A stretch of 64,000 bases of DNA from Cystobasidiomycetes sp. EMM_F5 (lineage: Eukaryota). The translations under genes and the position numbers were made by a program. The first letter of the stretch is position 1, and each line of letters starts with the position of its first letter. The DNA lies in assembly GCA_051047955.1 (NCBI GenBank), contig JBPGPT010000005.1, forward strand, positions 434,001-498,000, written 5' to 3'. Positions 11,840 to 22,899 of the stretch are shown piece after piece. Under the pieces are notes generated by a model that was not told the origin of the DNA, did no database searches, and saw nothing but the letters and a program-made list of their open reading frames with translations.

Positions 11840-14536
11840 TCATGCCGTGGTATCGGAAGACTGCGTCTCCGTACCGTGAGATTCTTCGACTGCAGGCTGT
11901 ATAGCAGCCCGGTCTTCGATTTGTCTCGTCTCCGCTCCGCGAGTCTGTGCTCCCTCCAGCTCGGCTACCCTTGCTCTCAGACTGATGAGCTCCTCCTGCT
12001 GCTTCTCCATCTCCGTCTGGCGGTAACGATCGTCTGCTTGAAGATCGAATATCTGCTTTTCCGCCTCGGCATGCTTTGATGTAAGATCAGCGACTGTACT
12101 GCTAGATTTGTCGCGTTCCGCTTTGAGCAATACCTCGGCGCTCTGCCACGTACGACGTTCTTTGCGTAAACTTTCCAAGCGCACCTGTTGAGCGTCCGAA
12201 TACTTGTTCAAGCGCTCTCTTGAATCTGCAGCGTCCTGTCGTACCTTGGCCAAATCGTCTTCTGTGCTCGCAAGCTTGACCTTCAGGGACCTGACAACAT
12301 GCTTCTGCACTCCCGCAAGTCGAGTCAGTAGGCCGTACGTTGGTAAGTAGCGCAGTAGCCATCACGCACTAAATTTTGCAGCTCAGCTTCTCTGCTGCCG
12401 GCATTGACGCGCTCACGTAGATTTGCCCCAAGACGGTCTTTGAGCTGCTCTTTCTGCAAACACTCGAAGAGAAGCTTGGTCTGTAATAAATGTATAGCTT
12501 CCGTTTCGTTAATGTCCGAAAGAGCCATGCCACTGGCATGCATAGGGACTGTATGGCTTGATGACGGGGACAGGAGACCGACAGGCTCGGCAGCGATGTT
12601 GAGTGGCAGTCTGTACCGAACAATCTCCTCAATGAGCTCCGATGTGACAGTTGTGTGGAACCTTGCATCAGCTCCGAAAAGTTCCTCTATAGGTGTAGCA
12701 ATGGCACCAGGTAGCAGAGTATGCTGTGACAGAAAAGGCTGGAGACACGGACAACCGCCGTCAACGGTTGTTCGATTTGGTGGTGCTCATTTGACAACCC
12801 ACCTCGCACAGTCTACGAAAGTAACGCCAATCCATTCTGGTCAGATCATCAGGTAAACGCGCCGGCCTCCGGCTGTTACGGTTTTCGTCTTCAGATTCAT
12901 CACTCGACGACGCATCCCTTGCATGAGCGAGACCTGAAGCCCGAATATTGCTCGAGTCTGGCCCGTGCATATGCGGAGCAGCGACCGGGACATCGGCTAG
13001 CAAGCGTGCCTCTATGCTTGTGCCGACAATGCTGGACGTGTTAGGACTGGCATCGTTGTCGCTCTCAGTCTCGCTGGGTGATGCTGTATCCGCACGGCTT
13101 TGCAGGCCGGACCGACGACGCTCATGTTCGCGGTGTTTGCTGTTGTCTCTGTGTTGCTTCTTGACCTTGCTGCGCCTGCCCTTACTGTGCGAGCGGGACC
13201 GCGACCGCGGGCGCCCAGCACCAGAAGGGCTTTCGGAGTGGCTGCCGCCTGCTTCAGGCTCAGCCCGTCCGCGAGAGACTGTATGTTCCAGTCCTCGCGA
13301 ATGTGATCCTCCACGTTTCTGGAGACGAGCTCGCCTGCTGTCATACTTTTGCAGCCATTCCAAAGGCTTTGAAAGGAAAGCCAAAGTATTGGAAGGACAC
13401 AAAACGTAGAGGGTTGTAAAATAGTCCAACAATGACGGCACCATCACGCAGCTTTGGCCAATGTCGTGTTGAGTTTGCTCTGCGTCGCTCGTGTTGCCTC
13501 CCATGACGGCTTTCTCTGCCGAAATGGCTTCTTCGGACAGTGCTTGTTTCCGCCTTTCTACTTCGCCCGTAAACAGGAGGACTCGAGCAAAGATGAGCAA
13601 GAGTCGGTCAAGAATTGAAGTAATGACGGTAGCTGCACAGGGCAATACGATGTTGAGAGTGGTCAGGGCTGACGAGATCCAGACAAGCTCGCTTGTACGC
13701 GCTAAAGAGTTTGCGTCTTCTTTCTCCTGTGTTTCATACTTCACATGTTCAAGCAGATCAAGGATGTGCGCAAAGAGCGGGCAGTCAATCATGGCAAAGG
13801 CTGCCGTATGTAAGGTGTTCTGCAGGAACAGATTGAGCAAGTGCAAGGTGGACGCTGACGCGTTGGCCAGCTGCGCGTCGAGTAGAGTGTAAAAGGACTA
13901 AGCAAGGGATCAGCTGCATTCAAGAGTATAGTGCTTCGGCTGTTAGAGATGACCTACCTTGACGTTACTTTTTCCGTATGCAGACAATATCGTACGAATG
14001 TGTTTGGTGTAGGACGAGCCTGGCGGATTGTTCAAGCACAGGTTCAGGAGCAGCTGCTGAAATGCAAGGCTATCGGGCTTCAGGGCTCGGGTAACCATGT
14101 CTTTGGCAGCCTTCTCCGCCCGCCGTCCGACGGGAATCTCGGTATCATTTGCATGAGGTTCTTCCAAGAGGAGCGCATTCTTGAGTAATTTGCCCCACCA
14201 TAGCTCTCTGACATCTTTTTCAGATACGGCGTGTGATTCGGAGCTGGAGAACTTGTCGAGTACGACAATGAATGCCGACTTTGCCGCGGGGGACTGCTGC
14301 ACGATTCCGTCTTCGAAGCAATCCTCGACAAGCGTCTCCCTGAGCTTCTCCCAGTCTCGGTCCGATGTATTCTGGACAATGTCACTGCTCGATAGGTATG
14401 CGTCGATCAAGGTCAGAAGACCCTCTGGCGGTTCATAGTCGTCAAAGCGATGGCGGGCATCTGTATCATCAGCATTACTGGGCCCAAAGGTAGCCTTGAG
14501 CGCCTTGACGAGGTCTCGCCTGGCGTTTGCGGCCAT
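11840..14536 (-). CDS. TSC1: Hamartin / Tsc1
   Basis: Hamartin-type motifs YFTTLYVLCPSNTLAFL and LLQTKLLFECLQKEQ, an N-terminal helical region and a C-terminal coiled coil. Confidence 0.8.
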
Positions 14537-14910
14537 ATTTGTGACCAGGAAGCTGCAGTCGGCTTAGGCACGCCCGAGTTTCGCAGTGTTCTCAACGATG
14601 GCTGGAGTCGCAGAAGCTGCTGTACTTGTGGCCTACAGTGTGCTGTGTGGACATCTAGCTGAGCTTGGCCGTCAGATTGGCCTTGCGTCTTGCAAATGCC
14701 TTGCGCAATTTACACGGGTCAGAGCTGGAGCGACGTCAATGTCGGCAACTAGATTTACGTTTGTTTCGACTTGGACAACGTATTTTGTCAAATCTGATTA
14801 ATGATGCCTACCTGTCTTTAGACCTCATAATGCTTCTGCCATTTCTCATCTCCTTCAAAGATCCGTTCTAATCAGTCGCGTCTTCCGTAATTGACTCTCA
14901 AACAGACGCA

Positions 14911-16646
14911 ATGGCTTCTGTCTTGCGCCGCAAGTATGGGTACATGCCTCCGGACCAGGTCGTTGACCACCTCGTTATTGGCGGAGGAGTCGTCGGAATG
15001 GCTATTGCAAGAGCGCTCAGCTTGGGCTTCCATGACAAAGCGACTTTCTTGGTCGAGAGGTATGGCCAATGGAGCAAGTACGCCGAAGTGAACAAGACGG
15101 CTCACTACTGTAGCGTGTAGGCATTCGATGCCTGGGCAAGAGACCAGGTAAATGTGCGCATGACTTTGGTCTGGAACCGTGACGGCAACGCTGATGTATG
15201 CTTGACTGTATCTTGCAGGAAATATGCGCGAGTGTCAATGATTCAGTCTGATACCACCTTGTCGTACACTACATAAGCGCTCGAAACAGCGGGGTGATAC
15301 ATGCAGGCTGGTAAAATCGTGCAACTCAGCCAAACATTGCAGCTGACATCCGTATGCAGGCATCTACTATCCGCGTGACTCGCTCAAAACACGCTTCTGT
15401 ATACAAGGCAGGCGTCTTCTGTACAAGTATTGCGATCAGCATCGAGTACCATATTCAAAGACTCAGAAGCTCATTGTCGCAACGTCGGCATCACAGAAAC
15501 TGCACCTTTCTCAATTATACGAGCATACGAGCAAGCTTCCAGATCCTCCAGGACCAGTACCCGTTTCGCTGATCTCGGGCGACGAGGCGCGTAGACTAGA
15601 GCCTGACCTGAGTTCAGACGTGCAAGCTGCACTCCTAAGCCCCGAAACAGGTATAGTCGATGCACACGAGCTCATTTCGGCCATGGAGACGGAGTTTGAG
15701 GGATCCGAGGACGGTGCTGCTATATATGGGACTAAAGTTGTGCGGATAGATCGCTCGTCTGACGATGGCAAAGGAGCCAAAGGAAAGCGAGGTGACGCAA
15801 ATACGTCCGGATGGGTCGTTCAGACCGAAAACGAGAGCAAAGAACGCTCGGCTATACTCGCTCGCTGCATTGTCAATTCTGCTGGCCTGAGGTCCGTGCA
15901 CCCTGCAAAAGGCGTTATAGGCGCGTTCACTAAACGTTTGTATTAGCGCACATCACGTCGTCAATCATATACTGCCTGAGTCAGAAAAGACAAAGCTGTA
16001 CTATTGCAAGGGCAGCTACTTCAGCTACCGTGGACCCGGCGTAAGCCAAGTCAAACGGTTGCTGTACCCTTGTCCAGAGCCTGGACTAGCTGGACTGGGG
16101 ACGCATTGTGAGCTGCATTAGCGATAGTCGCAACACATGCTGAAATATCAAGTCTATAGTGACGCTTGACTTGGCGGGCAGTGTGAGGTTCGGGCCGGAT
16201 GTCGAATGGCTCAAAGTACCAGACAATGCGGAGCACGATGACAACGACGATTTCTGGACGTCCATGTTGGAGCCAAACGAACAGCGTCATGGCGAAGTCT
16301 TCGACGCAGTGAAGCGGTATCTTCCAGGCGTCCAGAGAGATGGCTTTGCTCCAGATTGTAAGGACAAATTACAACTCAGATGAGTCATGGCTCAAAAATT
16401 GGCTTGACAGACTCGGGCATACGACCCAAGCTTAAGCCAGACGCAAAAAATCCAGAAGACTTTTCCATTAAGCACATTGCGCCTGGATTCATCAACCTGC
16501 TCGGCATCGAATCACCTGGTCTAACAAGCAGCTTAGCCATTGGAGCATACGTGGAGCAGCTCATCAGAAGGGAGGTTCATGGACTCGGGCTTGGACGAGG
16601 GAGGCATGTTTCCGGAGTGGGCAATGTAGACGAGGACTGGGCATAA
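14911..16646 (+). CDS. L2HGDH: L-2-hydroxyglutarate dehydrogenase-like FAD oxidoreductase
   Basis: VIGGGVVG Rossmann motif; RNSGVIHAG, ALLSPETGIVD, TLDLAGSVRFGPDVEW, GIRPKL, INLLGIESPGLTSSLAI. Confidence 0.92.
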
Positions 16647-16772
16647 TTCGATCAAAGTTGTGACGTGTAGAGAAATGCTACGGCTACTGAGCAATATGAT
16701 GCAGCATACGCAACGCCGTCCATATCGCTAGTCTGTTCCACGCATCGACTATATGGCGGCAGAAAGTCACTG

Positions 16773-19700
16773 TCACTGTACGGGCCGTGCGATTGGCTTG
16801 ATCACAACGCCTGGCTTCGTAAGCACTTTTGGCGCAATCGCGTCTTTGAATGTTGCTCTAGTCGTCCATTCGTTTCCTGTAGGTTGTGCCATCTTCTGCT
16901 CGTACTGAGCAATACTTGTATACGGGTAAGGCAGATCCTTCGTCAGGTACTTCTGCGCCTTCTTGTCCACTCGTTCGGAGATAATAACGTTCTTGTATTT
17001 AGCGTCCTGACGCTTGCTAGCATCGACTCCGGGGATTTGCTTGACGATTTTCCTCGCATTCTTTTGCTTGCGAACGCCCTTTCCTCCCCAGCTACCCCAA
17101 CCGGGTAGAGTCAAATCTTCCTCTCGAGGTGCATCAGCTTCGATCTGAGCTTGTTTCAGTTCTTCAAAGTCTGCGACGACGTTGTCGCCTGCAAAAGCAC
17201 GCGCCACGAGATCCCGCTGCTTGAAAGCTTGCGGACCTTGCTTTCTTGCGACCGATTCCGGCAGGGCGTCCTCGTCATTGTCACTATTGCTGTCTCGATC
17301 GCCATCCGCATAAGCTTTCAGCGTGTCCGTCGCCTCGGCAATGTTACTGCTCTTCAATCCCCGCTTCCGCTTTCTGCTCGTCACTCCTTCTGCGACAACC
17401 GTATGAGGTGTTGCAGGCCCAGTTGCCGGAGTAGGTGTATCGAGCGCAGACGGATTAGCAATCAAGACTTTGTCCACATCAATCTCGATTGTGGCTTCGG
17501 ACTGCGCTGATGTCAGACCACGTTTAGTGCGCAACTTTCTACCAAGCTTGGCAGCTGACTTCTCCAGAGCAGTACCCGCCTGTCCGCCGGACACTTCATT
17601 TGTCTTGCGTGACAAGCGCTGACCATGAGACTCTCCGGGAGCCAGCCACGGATTGATCTCCTTACTCGCGTCTGAGCTTCCTTGTGCGAGTGAGGCCATC
17701 TTCGAAAAGGGGTTGTAATCCAGCAGAGTCGCAGAGGATGCAGCGGACGCAGAAGACGGAGCTTCGATGGCCACAATGCCGCTCGTTTTCGAGGTATGTC
17801 CGTCTTTACGTTTGCGCTTCTTGCCATTTGACCGGCTTGTCGTCACATCCTCCGCAGGAGCCGTCACGCTCGACTCGTTCTGCCCTCTAGTTGGTCCAAA
17901 CACCATCCGACCGGGGTTGCTCTTGACCATACTGCCGCCCGCCATTCTCGCATCAGGGGAAGCGGTGAAATCGTTATCGTCGCCGAGATCCTGCTCCAAG
18001 ACGGCTTTGAAATCGTCCACAGCGTCATGTAAACGTGCATTCTCCCTTGCCATGCCCTTTTGCATGAATTTCATGCCGAGCAAGCCTTTTGGTTTTACCG
18101 AGCTCGCCAATTCACCTTGATTTTCGATGTCGAGCCCGTCAAGCTCCTTCAATGTTGATCGATGTAGATTTTCAGAGTCATCGCTTTCATCTTCGTCATC
18201 GTCCACATCGGAAGGTTGCGAATCGTCCTCATCTTCGTCTTGTCCAAGGATCTTGCGTCTTAGCATTGCCTGAGTACTGTCACGTTTACGGATTGCTTCT
18301 TTGACATTGTCGTCCATCGCTTCTCCCGGACGTAGCGACTTGCTCCACCGCCCGCCTGCGCTTGCTGAGCCGGATGCACTTGCGTGCCGAAGCGTCGCAC
18401 GCTCACGAGCACGAAGTATTTCGAGTCGTTCACGCTCAGCTTGCGCCCGCTCGCCGCCATCGAGGGCATCGAGCTGCTGTAGCTCGTCAAGAGTCAAAGC
18501 ACCATCTTCAGCATCTCCATTCTTCAGTGCATCTCTCTCTCGCGACTTTTTGGCAATCTTACGGAAAGTTCGACTTTTGATTTTCGCTAAACGGGTCGCT
18601 TTCCGTTCTGCACGAAACATCAGGTCTCTCGCTAGTCGAAGTTGTGCGATCCGAGCATGATCGTGCGCTTTTGATGCTTCGCCGGCTTGCGGCAACGCCT
18701 CCATTAACGCAGATGTCTCGGTTGATAGCAAAGCTGATTGTGACATTCCAGTAGACGATATAAGGGAATCGATACGCTTCTCCAGGTCATTGCTTGGCTG
18801 CAACGTGATTAAGCAAAAATACGTCCATTCCGTCTTCCACGCGACTCACTTGATATTTGGCTATGAGCGATGCACCTGTTTCGCCTTTACTGACATTCTC
18901 TGTCTGGTAAGGCAAAACAAGACGCTGCTCAGTCTGATCGGCGCCATCCTTTGCGATGCCTCGCGCTGACCAGGGAAACCGCTGTTAGCCTACAAAACGC
19001 AGGCGCATTCCGAAACAAAATACACGCACTAGCCTTGACCGTATCGTCCCATTTGTGGATCTCGTCGTCCATTCGTTCTCTGGCAGCTTGCCGTTCAATC
19101 TTTGCCTGATGTAAAGGCGCAAGAGGTGCAGGAAGCGCTCCAGACATTTTTAGAGGGTTGCGTAATTTGGCATCCTGCTTTCGCTGTCGCTCTCGCTCCA
19201 ATATTGCCTTTTCTGCTGCCGTCAGTCGGGCGACTTCCTCGCCAAGGACCGTCGTATCCGTCTCCTTCCCGGCACTTGATGCATTGGCCAGAGGTTTCAG
19301 GGTCTTGCGGAGTGACGCGGCTTGTTCGCTTGGCAGGCCGCCGAGCAGCATGTCCAGTGTCAGTTTTGCTGCACAATCCACAAAGTTAGCTTGTGCAGCG
19401 TGCGAGGTACAATGTGGTCGGTGTCACACACCTCCGTTGCTATTCGTCACGGCAAATTGACTTTCGGGTATGATTTCAGTTCTTTCAGGCATATCTACGA
19501 GGCGTCGCTTCTTTCGTGTCGATGCCGATATGTCTGTGTCGAGTGCAGACCCCGCCTGTTTTGCTTGTCCGCCCGACGGCAATGACGATATGATTGCATC
19601 TAGCTTGTCGAGAGCAGCTGGGTCGTCTTCGATATCGCTATCATCAAGTTCGACATCTTCGCTTTCAGCTTCGTCGCTGTCGGAATATTCCTCTTCATCC

Positions 19701-20606
19701 TCCGATGCGGAGTCCTCCGCTTCCGACTCGACCGCATCGTGACCCGGTTTGAAGCCAAGTAGACCAGCATCGTCATTAGAAGGAGCTTGGTTGCCACGTT
19801 CTGAGTTTGTGGTCGATGGGGCAGTACTGCTCACGCCATGCTTATCCCACATATCGCTGAGTAGGACATACTCGCTGTCGGAACCGCCGTCGAGATTCTC
19901 CTCGTCTTCATTGGACGAAGCGCCATTAGACTGCAGACCGTTAAGTCGCCCACCGGCACGGACGTTCTCGTCAAGATCGATTTCAACGTTGTCGTCGTTA
20001 TCGTAAAAGTCGCTGGCAATCTGCAGGATGACGAGTGTCGAATGTAAGTCTAAGAGCCCTGCAACAGAACCTCGCCTTCTTGCGACTCACTTGTCGCTTC
20101 CGTTTGCCGGATTGACTAGGACCGGCTTGTGGCTGTTGACCACGTTTAGGCTTAACGACTGGCATTTCCTCTTCATGATCCGTAGAAGCAAGATCCGAGT
20201 CAATTTCCTCGTCATCAGTATCGTTTCCTGCTTGTTCTCCGTCTTCATCGTCCGAAGCCAACCCCAAGCGGAATTTTACTCTACTCAGGTCTGGCATGCC
20301 ATTGCCGTAGACTCCATCTTCGTCCTCCTCGTCGTCCAGCTGCCTAGCTTTTCCTTTGCCCTTGCCCGTGCTGCCTGCTTCTTCTCGGACAGCCTGCCGA
20401 GCATTTTTCAGTCGAGCTGCAGCTTTGCGAGCCCCGCTTCCCATCCCGGAGGCAGCCCTATCGAAGCTGTACACGTCTGAAGTATTCGCAGGCTCCTCCG
20501 ACTCCTGCTGAGCTCTGCCTTTGCCCTTGCCGCCCTTTCTGCTGGACTTTGTGTTAGCCGACAACAGGGGTTTTGGGGAATGCTTCATTGGGCGAGAGGT
20601 GCGCAT
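16773..20606 (-). CDS. UTP14: U3 snoRNA-associated protein Utp14
   Basis: KIKSRTFRKI, RARERATLRH, LPGWGSWGG, VIISERVDKK, LPYPYTSIAQYE, PTGNEW, TKPGVVIKPI. Confidence 0.96.
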
Positions 20607-20754
20607 GATGGCTTCAAAAGATGGACAGGGGGTAAGTCAGTGGTGCAGTCAGTTGGCAGAGTGCGAATGAAGGGACAGTCTTGGAAATTTGTGCAAGTCG
20701 TCGATCGTCGAAAACGTGAGCAACTTCGGCGTTATGCTTTGTATTGTTGCTCGC

Positions 20755-22144
20755 ATGCTACTCCGCAGAATGGCTCACCAAGCTGCAGTCGCACTCAAAG
20801 GCTGCAGTGGCCCAGCTGAGGCCAAGCTGGCTCAGACTGCTCCAGTCTCGTCGTTGGTCCTCGGCAATGATGTCGGCAGCGCGCCGGTTGCGTCAACATC
20901 AGCAATTCCAGCGACGATAGCTCCAGGGACGGCAGTGGATAGTCCCGCTCAGACCAGTTTACTACAAGAATCCGGAAAAACATCAAGCAAACGGATTAGA
21001 GCTGCTGGAGAGCTCGTCGACCTCACTTTACGCGCGGACAAGCTCGTAAAGCTGGAGGAGAATGTCGCAAACTTGAAGCCGCAACCCAAGCTGGCTTCAA
21101 TATTCACAAAAGCTTCATCGAATACACTGTCAAGTGGGCCAAGCTTGAAAGGCAAGGAGACGGCGGTGGCCCTCGAAGACACTCCATCGAAACGCAAGTT
21201 TTAGTACCATCCCCTTATGGCACGTCTGACGCGTTTCTTGTCCAACAGCAAGGTTTACTTGGCTCAAGAGCGATACCAGTGTCCTCTTGCATGGATTTTT
21301 CGGGAATCCACCACTGAATACGAAATTGGCTTGTTTCGATATCGAGTCAGTACTGAACGTGTCAGCCCGTAACGGGCTGTACGCTGAAGTGTCTCTGTGT
21401 GGAAGTGGTACCCTTATTCAAACGAAGTCTCGTGCAAGGTTTCCAAAAGGCGAAACGGATTGGACCTGGTGGTGTCCGGATGGCAAGGTGGAGAGCAGGC
21501 TGAGGGAGTACCACCAGGCTGGGTAAGGACCGCTAGACCTCGGTATTCTGTATATGTGCTAATATTCACATAAGATACGCTATAATATTCGTATCGAACC
21601 AAAACTACGCTCCTCATACGAAAGCGCATCAGTACTTCAAGGCGAAATTGCCGTTAATCGCAGCTACTGTAAGGCAGCGTTGACGGCGTACATGACTCAA
21701 TCGCTCACATATCTCCACATTCAGCTTGGAGATGTCCCCTTCCGCGTGTTTGCTGCTATCGCAAAAGACAATTACTATCGCAAGCCTGACATCGGCATAT
21801 GGCTCTTGCTGGACGAGATGGCACGTCGAGATGGTCTGGTCCTAGGTGAGGCAGGGCATCTTGAGATGAGAAAGTATCTCTAAGTTGCAGGACAAGCAGA
21901 CAAGTCGGCTTCGTTTTACGTGGGGGACGCCGCTGGCCGGCCTGCGTTTCCGAAATGCGCAAATAAGAAGCCTGGCACGCAGCCGGACCATTCTAGCTGC
22001 GATAGAGATTGGGCAGCAAATGCGGGAATAGCATTCTTCACTCCTGAAGAATTCTTTTGGGAGAGGAGGGATCTTGCTGTGCCTGCTCTACAGACTGTTA
22101 ACGCAAACCACGGAAACGCCGCCCGAATTCCAACCACTGGTTGA
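20755..22144 (+). CDS. DNA 3'-phosphatase (PNK3P HAD domain only, Tpp1-like)
   Basis: Spliced FDIDGTLIQTKS (intact DxD), YRKPDIGIW, FYVGDAAGRP, DHSSCDRDWAANAGIAFFTPEEFF. The stop follows about 25 codons later and no P-loop kinase domain is present. Confidence 0.9.
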
Positions 22145-22899
22145 CAGCGTGTGATTCATTGAGGTACTATATGCTTTACGTGTTGTTGCCATGTATTTCA
22201 AAAGTCACACGTATATATGGGAAAGACTGCCTCATTTGTACCACGGCCAACCCCAACTACGCATTATGTAGCATGCCCAAAATTACGCCCCTGCAGCTGC
22301 CTGCAATGTCTGCGACTGCACGCCGTTGGAGCTGGCTTCACTGTGCCCATCCTTGACCTTGCATGAATGTCTTTCAAGGAGCTGGACTAAAGCTATTCCA
22401 TTCCAACAACCGCAGAGACATTGACAGACTTGGACTATGCAGTCTAACTGTCTGTTAGTTGGGCGCAGCATATGCTAGCAGCCGCTGTTGGCTTCCGCAA
22501 TGGTTTTGTATGCGATATCGTACAGTCTCCACATAGCCCTACCCCTGCAGGAGGTCAAGGTCGCTGGTGCCGGCGCCGGTACCATGGCGACACCAAGGCT
22601 CAGACCAGTTCAGTGGCAGCGTCTGCGCCAACACTTCGCGCAGTTGCTAGACTGTGCATCTGTAGACATTGTCACTTGCGACTTCGCGTACACGGTCGCT
22701 CGCTTGGCAGTCCTTTACGTTGGCTACGCTTACAAGTCCCTAGCACATTCCCCTTACCGTCATCGATGGCACACTCGTCGCTGCGGGATCATCGCTCCCG
22801 ATAATTCAGCCCAGCAGTGAGTCTGTCGCGGCCATTCCGCCGGTAGCTGTAGCCGACTGGATCTGAGCTAACTTGCGCCTTCATACTCAGTATGCGACT

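Noticed and set aside
22472..22890. Short ORFs and an apparent intron (22817-22890) upstream of the OTU-like gene as a coding first exon
   Set aside because: The frame required for in-frame splicing has a stop at 22802-22804; more likely a 5'-UTR intron.
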